Source: a virus
Taxonomy: Duplodnaviria; Caudoviricetes
Virus record (IMG/VR): IMGVR_UViG_3300037440_000150
Coordinates: 1-55,559 of that record
DNA length: 55,559 nucleotides
Strand: one strand, 5' to 3'
In this document: positions 34,732-45,157 of the stretch, piece after piece
Position numbering within the stretch: position 1 is the first letter of the stretch
How the letters are laid out: every line of letters starts with the position of its first letter
Made by a program: the position numbers and the translations under genes
The notes under the pieces: model-generated
What the model was told of the DNA's origin: nothing
Seen by the model: only the letters and a program-made list of their open reading frames with translations
Database searches by the model: none

Positions 34732-37700
34732 ATGAGCCGCTTCACCTCACAGACCGACGTTCCAGGCGACCTCGCCAACATCGGCTTCGATCCTGAGCGC
34801 ATCGTCAGGGCGCAGGCCACCGACGATCTCATCGCGCAGACCCGCGCGGTTACGCCGGCGTCCGTGCTGGACAAGCGAAGCCAGCCTCGGCTCTCCATCG
34901 CGGAGATGAACTCGCTGGACCTGGACGCGATCCAGGACCGGCTTTCGCGCTCGCGTCGCGATGACCGGCCCGGCTACATCAAGGCGCTGGACCTGATCGA
35001 CCTGCCCCGCAACGCGATCGCCAATGTGGTATTCCCGGCGGCGCGGCGTCATCAGGCCCAAGCTGGCGAGCGGGCCACGTTCGGACTTCCCCGCGTGATG
35101 TTCTCAGACGCGCTCCGCGAGATGGGGGTGGAGAATCGGATCGTCCGTGGGGTGGTCGGGTTCGCGGGCGATGTCGTGATGGACCCGCTGACCTACCTGG
35201 GCGGCGCGGGGGTCGTGAAGGCGGTCGGCACCAAGGGCACGACGATCATCAGCCGGGGCGCCGCCAAGGAACTGAACCGGGGCATCTCGGTGGCGGCGCA
35301 CGGCGGAGCGGTCAGGACCCCCCAAGTCGCCGACGTGATCCGGTCTGCCGGGTTTACCGATGAGGCTATCGCGGGAGCCCGTCAGGCTGGCCGTACTCCA
35401 AAGCAGATTCGGGCCGACATCACCCAGGCTCTCCAGGGCGAAGTGACCGGAGGGGCCATCCTGAGTCGTTTGGGCGGCGATCTGAAGCGGACCGGCGGGA
35501 TCATCCCCGAGCGGGCGTTCCAGAGGCTTGACGAGGGACTGGACGACTTGACCCGCCAGCAGATCGACGCCGTGGCGCGCTTCGTCGAATGGGGCAATCC
35601 CACCCGAAGGCCGGGACTGCGGATCGGCAATGCCGGTACTCAGGTAGCCCACCTGCCTTTCACCGACATCGGAATCTCGGTCCCGGCCTTCACTCCGATG
35701 GGGCGCGGTTCCGTCGCCGCGATGGTGGTGTCGAGGGCGAGGGAACTCGTCGACCCCGCCGACGTGTCCGAACCGCTGCTGCTCTCCGCGTTCGGCGACG
35801 TGAAGGAGGCCGCCACGACGTTGGAGGACGCGCAGCACCGATACGCCGGGACGCTGGGTCGGCTGCGCGACATGGACGACGCGATCGACGCCGCCGAGCA
35901 GGGACAGGTGGGGGCCGTCGGCGTGCCCGGCGCGAGCCCGGTCGAGGTGCTCCGAACCCTTCGCGCCGACCGGGACGCGATCGAGCTTGAGGGCCTCAAC
36001 ACCCTGTATGAATCACAGGAGCGGCTCGGTGAACTGAACGACGGCATCCGGACCGCCATAGACGCTCTTGTCGCTGGTGGTGGTCCGACGAGTGACAGCC
36101 CACGGGCGGCTAATCAGCTCGTCGCGATGGGCGAGATGCTGAATCAGACCCAGGCCATCCAGGCGAAGGCCCAGGCCGACGCGGCATTCTTCACGTCCAT
36201 CGGCCATGCGCGGACACGGGCAGGTGAAGTCACGGGTCAGGCCGCCGAACTCGCCGAAAAGGGCGATGCGACGAACGCCTACCGACTGCTCACCGGGGCG
36301 GACGACCTGGAGGACGTGACGGTCGGGCTGATCGAGTTCGTCGGTCGCGACGCCGAAGCGGCCAGCCGATTCGTCGATTCGCTGAACGACATGGCGACCG
36401 CGAGCACGAGGGTTGCGAACCAGCTCCACGACTCCGTCGCGGTCTACGCCAATGCGGGCGAGGACGCGGCTTCCCGATACGTGGCGCAGTCGGTTCTGGG
36501 GCTGGATGAACTGAGCCTGGGCCATTCGTTGCTGTCCAACATGGCCGACGTGTTGGAGCCGACCGGCGGCGGCTCGCCCACGCTGGCGTCAAATCTCGTG
36601 CGTCGGCTTGATAGGGCCAAGCGGGACATCTGGCACATCAAGAGCGGGCATCAGCAGCAGCGGCTCGCCAGCGTGTCGGCGAGCCTTGGTCGCCAGCGCC
36701 AGAGCCAGATTCAGTCGCGTGTCGCGGCCGAGTGGGGCGCGAAGCTCAAGGAAGTGGTTGCGGGCCGAATCCCCGCGCACCAGTGGGATCTGGTGTCCAA
36801 CATCGCCTACGCCAAGATGTACCAGATCGCCGACCCGCACGGGCATATCTACCCGCTCAAGACGCTCGACGGTGAACCGAACGCACTCGCACGGACGCTG
36901 AGCAAGCTGAATGAGCTTGACCTGTCGAAAGCGCCGGAGTTGTCGGCCGATCTTGACCGCATCGCCCGCGAGGCTGTTGAGCGGACCAGGGAACTGGGCG
37001 GCGACGCGGCGGCTAACGATCTTCTGCGGAGTCTGATGGCCGGGTACGTCCCGGCGGTCGCGAGCGCCGAGGCGAGGCGGGCCATCGGGGCGATGCGTGC
37101 CGAGCACAAGTTCCCGGGCAAGTCGCTGGCCCGCACGACCGGCGTGGGCGGCGCCGAAGGGTTCCAACACCAGCGCACGACGTGGCGCCACGTGTTCACC
37201 GACCCCGAGACCGGTCGGACGCACGAGCTGTTCGAGTTCGAGATCGCGGCGTTGAAGGCGTACACCAAGGGCGGGAAGGTGAACCTCGAACGAATCGCCC
37301 GCGACTTCCCACGACCGCCCGACCTGCCCGCCGGGACACCGAGCGCCGCCGACCTGCTGGCCGAAAAGGCCGACGTGCTGGCCCGGTACGAGAAGCTGGT
37401 CCGAGCGGGCGGCGAGGTCGCGACCACAATGCCGACCGATGTGTTCACGCTGAACGAGAAGTACCGGCAGGGGTTCTTCCGGCTTCTCACCGGGTCTGAC
37501 CCGAGCATCGAGAACTTCTTTGAGACGAACCTGCCGCTCATCATGGCATCGCGGGAGGCGCAGCACCATCGCGCGATGGCGAAGCGCACGTTCCTCAACC
37601 ACATCGCGCTCGTGTCTCGACGGATGGACGACCCGAAGCTCCAGTCGCTGTCCAGGGCGGTGGAGCAGGGCGTTCGCGAGCTTGAACTGCCGAGCGGCGC

Positions 37701-39336
37701 GAAGGCGAAGCTCGTCGGCGGTCGCGACAATCCGTCGGTCATCATCGGCGGCGAGCGGTTTCGCCAGCTCCGCGATGTGCCGGCCGATTCGCTGCTGGCC
37801 GATATCATCGGTGACGCTCGCAACTACCTCGTGCCCGAGAAGCTCGCGTCCCGCTTCGAGGACATGGCCGAGATGTTGACGCCCGACCGCTACGGGGCGT
37901 TGTTCAACGGCCTGGAGACCATGACGGGCGTGTGGAAGTCGCTCACGCTGGCCCATCCGTCGTGGTTCCTGAACAACATGGTGTCGAATGCGGTCCTGTC
38001 GGCGGTTGGCGGTGCGGACGTGACCCGGACCTCGGCCAACATGGCAGCGTCGATACGGGCGATCCGCGCGGCATCGCATCGGCGCGGCGGGATCGCCGAC
38101 ATCGCGGTCGAGGCCGGTCCGATCAACAACGCGGCCGATCTGGTCCGAGAGGCGTTCGACCGCCGCGTCATCGGCAACAACGCCACGTGGGAGACCTTCG
38201 CGCAGGCTCACGTGCAGGGCCATCCGACCATTGCGCGGCGCACGCCCATCGATCGCGGCTTTGTCGAGGGCCTGTCAGACCTCCCTCGTGAAGCACGGTG
38301 GGCATACGAGACCTATCTGCGTGCCGGGGCGGGTCCGACCGTGGCGGGCGGCAGGGCCGGTCTGGACATCCTCAGGGACCGCTCACGCCGCGCGATGATC
38401 GTGTGGTTCCGCTTGAATCAGCAGGTGGATGATTCGATGCGCCTCGCCACCTTCATGACGCACTTGCAACAGGGAGACGACGTTGCGTCGGCCGCGTCCA
38501 AGACCATCACGAGCATGGCCGACTACGCGGACTTCTCGCAGGTGGAGCGGCGCGTGTTCCGCAACCTGTTCCCGTTCTACTCATGGACTCGATTCGCGAT
38601 GTCGTACTTCTTGAAACTCGCGTTCACCGATCCGAAGTGGGTCGCGGCGGTCCCGAAGTTCAACCGCGCTCTTGAGGAAACGCTCGCCGGTGAAGGCCGG
38701 GTGCCGGACCACCAGCGCCCCGAATGGATGCGGCGGATGCTCGCCGTCCAGGTGATGGAGAATCCGGACCAGCGGCTCGCCGTGCTGACCGCGAACATCC
38801 ACCCTCAAGCTGAGGCGTTCAACGTGCTCCAGGGCATTTTCGGGCGAGAAGGCGCGATGGAGGTTGCACGCTACGGAACCAATATGCTCAACCCGGTCCT
38901 GTCGGTGCCGGTCCAGATCGGGACGGGTGTGGAGTTCTTCTCAGGCCGGACCATCGGGCCGACCGCCGAAGATGCCGACCTGTCGATCTCGGAGTTCCTA
39001 CGCGGTCAGATCCGGCCCATCGCGGAAGTCGAGAAGGTCGGACGGACGCTCGCCCAGGACGGCCCCGGCATGGCTGCGGCCAGGAGCATCGCGGGCGGTC
39101 GCGTGCAGGACTTCAGCGCCGACCGGGTCTCGATGCACTTGGCGCGTGAGATTCAGGATGAGGAGCGCCGCATACGGGCGTCGATTCGTCGCCGTCAGTT
39201 CCGTGGAGAGGACACGCAGGGCTCGCGCGTGAAGCTCATGCAACTCTACCGACGTGCGATGGAGCTTGGCCGCGACGACCTCGTGCCCGCGTGGGCCGAG
39301 GATCAGCTCGGGATGATGGCTCAGACCTCGCAATAG
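34732..39336 (+). CDS. Large internal virion/DNA-ejection protein (1534 aa)
   Basis: Ala-rich helical; WK.LTL..P.W..NN and DY.DFS..ER......FPFYSW motifs seen in large podovirus-type internal proteins. Confidence 0.65.
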   Translation: MSRFTSQTDVPGDLANIGFDPERIVRAQATDDLIAQTRAVTPASVLDKRSQPRLSIAEMNSLDLDAIQDRLSRSRRDDRPGYIKALDLIDLPRNAIANVVFPAARRHQAQAGERATFGLPRVMFSDALREMGVENRIVRGVVGFAGDVVMDPLTYLGGAGVVKAVGTKGTTIISRGAAKELNRGISVAAHGGAVRTPQVADVIRSAGFTDEAIAGARQAGRTPKQIRADITQALQGEVTGGAILSRLGGDLKRTGGIIPERAFQRLDEGLDDLTRQQIDAVARFVEWGNPTRRPGLRIGNAGTQVAHLPFTDIGISVPAFTPMGRGSVAAMVVSRARELVDPADVSEPLLLSAFGDVKEAATTLEDAQHRYAGTLGRLRDMDDAIDAAEQGQVGAVGVPGASPVEVLRTLRADRDAIELEGLNTLYESQERLGELNDGIRTAIDALVAGGGPTSDSPRAANQLVAMGEMLNQTQAIQAKAQADAAFFTSIGHARTRAGEVTGQAAELAEKGDATNAYRLLTGADDLEDVTVGLIEFVGRDAEAASRFVDSLNDMATASTRVANQLHDSVAVYANAGEDAASRYVAQSVLGLDELSLGHSLLSNMADVLEPTGGGSPTLASNLVRRLDRAKRDIWHIKSGHQQQRLASVSASLGRQRQSQIQSRVAAEWGAKLKEVVAGRIPAHQWDLVSNIAYAKMYQIADPHGHIYPLKTLDGEPNALARTLSKLNELDLSKAPELSADLDRIAREAVERTRELGGDAAANDLLRSLMAGYVPAVASAEARRAIGAMRAEHKFPGKSLARTTGVGGAEGFQHQRTTWRHVFTDPETGRTHELFEFEIAALKAYTKGGKVNLERIARDFPRPPDLPAGTPSAADLLAEKADVLARYEKLVRAGGEVATTMPTDVFTLNEKYRQGFFRLLTGSDPSIENFFETNLPLIMASREAQHHRAMAKRTFLNHIALVSRRMDDPKLQSLSRAVEQGVRELELPSGAKAKLVGGRDNPSVIIGGERFRQLRDVPADSLLADIIGDARNYLVPEKLASRFEDMAEMLTPDRYGALFNGLETMTGVWKSLTLAHPSWFLNNMVSNAVLSAVGGADVTRTSANMAASIRAIRAASHRRGGIADIAVEAGPINNAADLVREAFDRRVIGNNATWETFAQAHVQGHPTIARRTPIDRGFVEGLSDLPREARWAYETYLRAGAGPTVAGGRAGLDILRDRSRRAMIVWFRLNQQVDDSMRLATFMTHLQQGDDVASAASKTITSMADYADFSQVERRVFRNLFPFYSWTRFAMSYFLKLAFTDPKWVAAVPKFNRALEETLAGEGRVPDHQRPEWMRRMLAVQVMENPDQRLAVLTANIHPQAEAFNVLQGIFGREGAMEVARYGTNMLNPVLSVPVQIGTGVEFFSGRTIGPTAEDADLSISEFLRGQIRPIAEVEKVGRTLAQDGPGMAAARSIAGGRVQDFSADRVSMHLAREIQDEERRIRASIRRRQFRGEDTQGSRVKLMQLYRRAMELGRDDLVPAWAEDQLGMMAQTSQ

Positions 39337-39686
39337 GTCAGGCACCCAGCAAGCTCGACGGATGCCGTGGTCGTCATGATGAGGGCCGCGCCTACCGCCG
39401 TGTCGAACCAGCCGTACTTCGTGAAGTCGAGCGGGAAGACGCTCGCCGCTGCCAGCACGGCTTCCTGGTCAGACGTGCCATACATGTAGTTCGTGCCGTC
39501 GTTGATGTCGAACGTCTGGGTTCCGGCCGAGACCATCGAGAGTGACAGCAACCGGATGGACTTGCCAGTCACGGCCGCTACGAGCGTGGTGTTCGTGCCC
39601 GTAGCGATGCCGAAGCTGGCCCGCTTGACCTCGTACCGCTTCGTCCCCTGATCGGCCGGAACCACGATGTATGCTGCGTCGGCCAT
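39321..39686 (-). CDS. Putative virion protein
   Basis: LVAAVTGKSIRL...F.TAVGAAL beta-rich pattern. Confidence 0.55.
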   Translation of the reverse strand: MADAAYIVVPADQGTKRYEVKRASFGIATGTNTTLVAAVTGKSIRLLSLSMVSAGTQTFDINDGTNYMYGTSDQEAVLAAASVFPLDFTKYGWFDTAVGAALIMTTTASVELAGCLTYCEV

Positions 39687-39689
39687 GTG

Positions 39690-40001
39690 CTACTCCAGTA
39701 TCTGTCCGATTTCGATCTTGGCGATCTCGGTACGGTAGTTGAATGCGGACGAATCCGTAACTCTGGCTTGGAGATGATACGGGCCCTGGGTATCGAGATC
39801 GCCGCTGATGAACGTGTATTGCAGCTTCCCGTCCTGACCGTCCGTCACGAAGCCGGCTGTCTTGGTCAGCAGGGTACCGTCCGGCTTCTTGATGATGAAC
39901 TGCCGAACCGTGGCGGAACTGATGTCGATCGCATCGTCGTTCGCATCCGACACCGTAACCGTAACGGTTGCCCCGAAGTCGTCCTTCCTTGACTGACTCA
40001 T
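39690..40001 (-). CDS. BppU-N-like baseplate/fibre-attachment domain protein
   Basis: DISSAT...KKPDGT...DG..GKLQY....DLDT.G.Y..Q. Confidence 0.6.
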   Translation of the reverse strand: MSQSRKDDFGATVTVTVSDANDDAIDISSATVRQFIIKKPDGTLLTKTAGFVTDGQDGKLQYTFISGDLDTQGPYHLQARVTDSSAFNYRTEIAKIEIGQILE

Positions 40002-41503
40002 GGCAGGACTCCGAGCTTGAAGTCGTATGAATCGACCAGTCGCAACGTATAGGACAAACCCATTTCCAATGCGACTGGATCGTTGTTCTCTGCGAGCAGG
40101 TCTTCCCAGTGTTCGGCGGTCATGACGCGCGTGATGGTCTGAGCGCCGATTCCCGTGTAGACGTTGGGCGCGAATGCACGCGCGGCCTTGTTGATCGCGA
40201 TGGCGCGGTCACGCTGAGCATCGGCGCCGACGGCTGCCCCGACGTATGCCGATGTGGTGGCGTCGATGATGACGAACCACGGAAGTCCGGGGTATTCGTC
40301 AGACTGGATGTAGTTGGTGTTCGGGTCCGAGTCGATCAGGTCCATCACGTTGAGCGGGTCGGCTGGGTCGCCTCCCGCGTTCACGGTGTCGAACCAGAGA
40401 TCGAACTCGATGACCGGGTAGACGTTCGTGTAGCTGGTGAACCAGTGCTCGGAGCGCGTTCGTAGTAGCTGGCCCTCAAGGCCGACGTTGATTCCGAGTT
40501 CTGCGCATCGCTCGACGATCTTCTTCGTGATGGTGTCCACGGCGGTGAGGTCGTCTGTCAGTCCGATGCCAAGGTGGGCGTCGAGCCACAGGTGAGCCTT
40601 GGCTTGCAGAACGATGGCGAGAATCGCGTCTATCGCGTCGTCATCGTCGTGAGTCTCGTTCTGGGCGGCTATGCCCCAGTGAAAGACTACCGGCACTTCC
40701 TGGGTGTAGAGGGTCGAGAACGCCGAGATGAAGTCGTCGATGACCACGCCGTCGATGCCGAGTTCAATGGCGCTCAGTGGACTGCGCATGGAGCCCGTGA
40801 CCCACACGCCTCCGTCTGTACGACGACCGATCGTGTACCTGTCCACGGCGGTGTCCGACGCGGTGTTCTCGGCTACGGTGTGGATGCCGAACGGGCGAGA
40901 GATGACTTGGGCGATGGTGATCGAAGCGTCGATCGAGTCCTGTAGCTCGTTGGCAATGAACGTCTCATAGTCGCCGCTCGCGCCGCCGAAGTTGACGGTG
41001 GCGGTGCCGAAGTTGATGCCGCCCTGGTCGATGGCAGCTTGCGAATCGGCGAGCGTGCCACCTGCGAGGTACCAGGCGAACACCCGCGATGTGAATGCTC
41101 GGGATTGCAGGGGGTGAGGCACGCCTCCGAAGTCGGTGACGGTGCCCGTGATGGTGATGGGCGTGGCGGCAACCCAGTTGGAGGTGGCGCTATCTACACC
41201 AGCCGACACAGTGGCAAGCTGCGCCTCGTATGTGTACGTGCCAGCCGCGATGGATTCGGTGTCGCGGACGTGGTTGACGACTTCCAGCGCGGGGTTGTAC
41301 GGGTCTGCGCCGCCTGCTGCATGATCGGCACGGTCGAGCGTGTCCTCGGATGGCGCGTCATTGCAGATGACGACGGCCGCTTGTGCTCCGAACGTCCTGC
41401 GGACCCGAAAGACGTTCCAGCCAGACGAGGTGTCGAGATCGCAAGTGACGAGGCGTGCCCCGGTAGACAGTTCGGTGACGGTGACGTTCTGGGGGTCAGG
41501 CAA
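39998..41503 (-). CDS. Putative tail-associated protein (Ig/FN3-like N-terminus)
   Basis: PQNVTV...AGTYTYEAQ; acidic; 501 aa. Confidence 0.5.
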   Translation of the reverse strand: MPDPQNVTVTELSTGARLVTCDLDTSSGWNVFRVRRTFGAQAAVVICNDAPSEDTLDRADHAAGGADPYNPALEVVNHVRDTESIAAGTYTYEAQLATVSAGVDSATSNWVAATPITITGTVTDFGGVPHPLQSRAFTSRVFAWYLAGGTLADSQAAIDQGGINFGTATVNFGGASGDYETFIANELQDSIDASITIAQVISRPFGIHTVAENTASDTAVDRYTIGRRTDGGVWVTGSMRSPLSAIELGIDGVVIDDFISAFSTLYTQEVPVVFHWGIAAQNETHDDDDAIDAILAIVLQAKAHLWLDAHLGIGLTDDLTAVDTITKKIVERCAELGINVGLEGQLLRTRSEHWFTSYTNVYPVIEFDLWFDTVNAGGDPADPLNVMDLIDSDPNTNYIQSDEYPGLPWFVIIDATTSAYVGAAVGADAQRDRAIAINKAARAFAPNVYTGIGAQTITRVMTAEHWEDLLAENNDPVALEMGLSYTLRLVDSYDFKLGVLP

Positions 41504-41672
41504 TGATCGTCCCCAGCCTGAGCTTCAGGTCGTAAGAGTCGATGATCGTCAGGACGAGGTCGAAGTCGATGTCGGGGGGGACGATGACAGATGACGCGAA
41601 CCCAAGTGTCGGGATGTACTTGACGCTACCGGGCGAGAACCCGATTCCTTGCGCAATGATGAACTTAATCAT
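41496..41672 (-). CDS. Small virion protein (58 aa)
   Basis: MIKFIIAQGIGFSPGSVKYIPTLGF; ATGA coupling. Confidence 0.5.
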   Translation of the reverse strand: MIKFIIAQGIGFSPGSVKYIPTLGFASSVIVPPDIDFDLVLTIIDSYDLKLRLGTIIA

Positions 41673-42862
41673 GTTGCCCTTGTTCTGCTGGTGGGTGCGG
41701 TGGAGGAATCGAGCGTGAAGGTCATGCTCGTGGTGGACCCGTCGAGCTTCTTCGCCGTGATGGTGGTGCCGCTGATGGCGAACTCCGACAATGCCGACCA
41801 GATCATGAAGAGACCTTGGGCAGGCGTGAAGGCCGACCCATCGGTGGCGTACGCCTCGGTCAGGGTGGTGGTCCAGATTTCCTGCACGGCGTCGGCCGCG
41901 AGGCTTGAGGCCGTGATGATGTCGGCCGGGAGCGTAACGGAGTCCATGCCATCGCTGGCGAGCGAGAAGCCCGTCTTGTCGCTGACCGTCACGCTGGTGG
42001 CCGTGATCCAGGCAGAGTCGCCTCGGTCGCGAATGGCCTGGAGGGAGTCGGTCTGGTTGTCGAAGTCGGTGAACACCGGTGTGGCTGACTTGGAGACCAG
42101 CCGCGCGAGGATGCTGCTGTTGGCCACCTCCAACCCGGTCGCGGATGCGAACAGGTGGTCGAGGCTCAATGCCACCAAGGCGTCGTTGCACTCAGACTGC
42201 ACTTCGGTGTCCCAGGATGCGTTCCAGGGGATCGCGGTGAGTTGGTCGCCGGTTCCGCCAGCCTCGGTGAGGCCAGCGCCCGCCGCACCGATCTCGGCCG
42301 TGTCCACGAGAATCGCGGCTACGTCGGTAGCGATCTTGGCAAGGCCACTCGTGCCGTCGTCGATCAGGTCCGTGTCGTCGAGGATCGCCGTGACGTTGCT
42401 GTTGAGCGTGTCGACATCGAGCCCGCCGGCATCGGAGATCGTAAGCCCGCCAGCAGCATCGGCTGCCGCTGCGGGAAGCGCCGTGCCTGCCATGCCGCGA
42501 GTCGCAGAGACGATACGGAACGCGCACGCCACAAAGCTGACCGTCTGGCTGTCCACGGTGATAGCCGAGACGACAACGTGATACCACGAGCCCACGGAAA
42601 AGAACCCGGCGTCGGTGTCGTCGCTCAAGTCGATCGAAAATCCGTGGATGCCCGTTATGCCGTCGAAGTCAATACCGTCCGTGTCCAGCAGCGTATAGCC
42701 CACATCGCTCGATCGCTGAGTGGCGCTGCCGTCCTTGTAGATTTCGATGTCGGTTACAGCTAGTCCGGTCATGGTGATGGACGCGCCGGTGCCGCCATCG
42801 AACGTGTCGAACAGGTGCGGCAGCGTGTCGTTCTCTTCGACGTAGTAGACGGGATAACCCAT
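41669..42862 (-). CDS. Tail fibre-like protein
   Basis: Asp/Thr/Ala-rich with repeated ILDDT/ILVDT segments. Confidence 0.55.
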   Translation of the reverse strand: MGYPVYYVEENDTLPHLFDTFDGGTGASITMTGLAVTDIEIYKDGSATQRSSDVGYTLLDTDGIDFDGITGIHGFSIDLSDDTDAGFFSVGSWYHVVVSAITVDSQTVSFVACAFRIVSATRGMAGTALPAAAADAAGGLTISDAGGLDVDTLNSNVTAILDDTDLIDDGTSGLAKIATDVAAILVDTAEIGAAGAGLTEAGGTGDQLTAIPWNASWDTEVQSECNDALVALSLDHLFASATGLEVANSSILARLVSKSATPVFTDFDNQTDSLQAIRDRGDSAWITATSVTVSDKTGFSLASDGMDSVTLPADIITASSLAADAVQEIWTTTLTEAYATDGSAFTPAQGLFMIWSALSEFAISGTTITAKKLDGSTTSMTFTLDSSTAPTSRTRAT

Positions 42863-43954
42863 TCAGCCCACCAGCCTTCCTTTGAGCAATGGACCGCCGC
42901 CAAGCATGGAACCTCCGATCAACGGACCCTCACCCTCGGCGGCGGCGCCCGCCGTCCAACTCCACGTATTCCAGAAGGCCGCGTTGTCATTCGCCTGCGC
43001 GTACTCGTGCGCGATCCAGTCGTCGGAGAGGGCCACGCCGTGGAGCTGCACGTCGTCGATCATGCCGTCCCACGGGTTAGATGGGTTCGCGTCGCGCAGC
43101 ATCCCAATGGCGATGCGATCAAACCCGGCCATGTTGGGATTGCCGAGTTGCGCTTTGGTAGCCTCCGACGCGCCGTCAGTGAATACCTCGGTATCTACGG
43201 TGGTGCCGGCGTCAACGATTGTCCCGGCGAAGTGCCGCCATGTTCCATCACAAACGTCAGATGTGCTCGACGTTTGGGCTCCCACCGCAGCGTCGCGAGA
43301 CCAAATACGCATTAGTCCGCTCGCATCGGCGTTGATGCTGTGCCAGACAGTCGTTGATGATGAGTCTCCGTAATACCAGACATACTGCGTGTCCGCCGGA
43401 TTGTCATTGTCATTCTTATGCCACGCCATGACGGTCACGGGCAGCGCTGTCGTGGGCGTCGCATCGACCGAGAGATAGTCCGGGTTGCCGTCAACGAACC
43501 GCGCGCCGTTTCCAAGCTTGCCCGCCTCGAAGCTCACGCTGCCGCTATTGGTGAGATGGAGAGCGTTCACCGTACGGTCGTTGACGTCGTGCAGCGGCCA
43601 GTAGCCCAGCCAACTCGCGTTGTAAGCGTTGTATTGACCGTAGGTATCGGATGCCGCCACCGTGGCGTTCGCCGCGACCGGCGGGTATATCCGCACGGTG
43701 TCCTGGCTGGCCTTCGCATCGTGGTTGATCCGTGCCAGCCCCGTCTCCGCGGCGTGGTCGTAGTCGATCCAGTCCACCGCCAGCTCGGTCGCACCGTCGT
43801 CGAGAAACACCCGACCGCGCGTCGCGTCCACGTTCTCGGCCTCGGCCCACCATGCGGCGGGCAAGTTGGCCAGGTCCACGAGGAAGCTGAACCCCGTGAG
43901 CGTCGAGCCCGCCGCGTCAGGCGTGGCGCTGGCATATCCGGTGGAGGGCGGCAT
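42863..43954 (-). CDS. LamG/ConA-like lectin-domain receptor-binding protein
   Basis: GYWPLHD...GKLGNG, TVMAW, DGTWRHFAGT, WDGMIDDVQLHGVALS..WI..EY. Confidence 0.75.
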   Translation of the reverse strand: MPPSTGYASATPDAAGSTLTGFSFLVDLANLPAAWWAEAENVDATRGRVFLDDGATELAVDWIDYDHAAETGLARINHDAKASQDTVRIYPPVAANATVAASDTYGQYNAYNASWLGYWPLHDVNDRTVNALHLTNSGSVSFEAGKLGNGARFVDGNPDYLSVDATPTTALPVTVMAWHKNDNDNPADTQYVWYYGDSSSTTVWHSINADASGLMRIWSRDAAVGAQTSSTSDVCDGTWRHFAGTIVDAGTTVDTEVFTDGASEATKAQLGNPNMAGFDRIAIGMLRDANPSNPWDGMIDDVQLHGVALSDDWIAHEYAQANDNAAFWNTWSWTAGAAAEGEGPLIGGSMLGGGPLLKGRLVG

Positions 43955-43957
43955 GGC

Positions 43958-44254
43958 TCAGGTCGTGAAGTCGATCGCGGCCAAACCGGTTTGGGCCGTC
44001 GTAGCCTTCGTCTTGAGGGCCTGGAACTCCGAGGTGAGCGCCGCCTTCTCGTCCTGCGCCAGCGCCTCGAACTCGCCCGTTGGCGCGTAGCCGTCGATCG
44101 TCGTGATGAGATCGGCAAAGTCCGTAGGGATCGCATTCAGTTCATTGAGCGCCAGCGTGACCTGGGCCTTGGCCGATACGAGACGCTGGCGGTTCTGCAC
44201 GATGCGATCAGACACCGCCTGCATACCGCTCTTGACCTGTGATTTCGTCGCCAT
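43958..44254 (-). CDS. Hypothetical helical protein
   Basis: AAGGGG RBS; coiled-coil-like. Confidence 0.6.
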   Translation of the reverse strand: MATKSQVKSGMQAVSDRIVQNRQRLVSAKAQVTLALNELNAIPTDFADLITTIDGYAPTGEFEALAQDEKAALTSEFQALKTKATTAQTGLAAIDFTT

Positions 44255-44302
44255 TTGCTACCCCTTCATTTCGCCGCGATGGCGAGTTGTCAGTCTTGGA
44301 TA

Positions 44303-45157
44303 TCAGCCTCCGATCGCCGCCACCATCGCGTCGAGCAGCTCGTCGCTGAGCAGGTTGAACGGCACGATGACGTCGTGACCGGCACGCAGGTCGTCCACCG
44401 CCGTGGCGATCTTCCTGACTGCCACCTTCTGATTGCCGTGAACGACGATCCGCCGCCCGCCGTAGTCGAGGCTCCTGACCTGTTTGTCGTAGTAATCCCA
44501 CCGATCCGCGAGCCCCATTGTGTCCGCGACTCCGTCGAACGGGATCGGGGGCGACGTGGCCCGCCAGCCCGGCTCGAAGATGACATTGACCCCCTTGGTC
44601 CTGCCGTCCTTGTGGGCGGCGTCGTTCGCGCGCGGGTTGCCGTCTACGTTCGTCTCGCGCTCGCCGCCCGTGTCCAGGCTCACGTCGAAATTCGCGACGG
44701 CGCACACGTCGTTAGATTCGACGTCGTCCGCGATGATCTCTCCGGCGCCGATATGGACGATACCCCGACCGGCGCCGAACCGCGCCCGCATGAACTCGCC
44801 GAACTGGCGCAGCAGGAATGCGTCACGCGACATGCTCAGCGGATACCCGCCGGTGAGCACGTCCTCGGGTCCGTTCTTACCCGTGACCGTCCCGCAGACG
44901 ATGCGGTCCTGGAGCGTGGGCGTGATGCCGTTCGGGCATCGGAGCCAGTAGCAGCTCGCCCGGAACCCCCGCGCATATGCCCTCGCGAACGCCACGCACG
45001 CCGCGTGCGTCGCGTCGAACATCCGATCGAATCTGGAGTTGACGTAGTCGATGTGAACGCCGCGATTCGAGTCGTCGTAGCGCTCGTTCGGATTGGAGGC
45101 GTCGCGGTCGAGGCCGCGCATGGCGACCTCGAAGCTGGGGATGATGCGTGGTTTCAC
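44303..45157 (-). CDS. Hypothetical enzyme-like protein in lysis position
   Basis: GTG start with AAAGGA RBS, follows membrane-protein genes. Confidence 0.5.
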   Translation of the reverse strand: MKPRIIPSFEVAMRGLDRDASNPNERYDDSNRGVHIDYVNSRFDRMFDATHAACVAFARAYARGFRASCYWLRCPNGITPTLQDRIVCGTVTGKNGPEDVLTGGYPLSMSRDAFLLRQFGEFMRARFGAGRGIVHIGAGEIIADDVESNDVCAVANFDVSLDTGGERETNVDGNPRANDAAHKDGRTKGVNVIFEPGWRATSPPIPFDGVADTMGLADRWDYYDKQVRSLDYGGRRIVVHGNQKVAVRKIATAVDDLRAGHDVIVPFNLLSDELLDAMVAAIGG

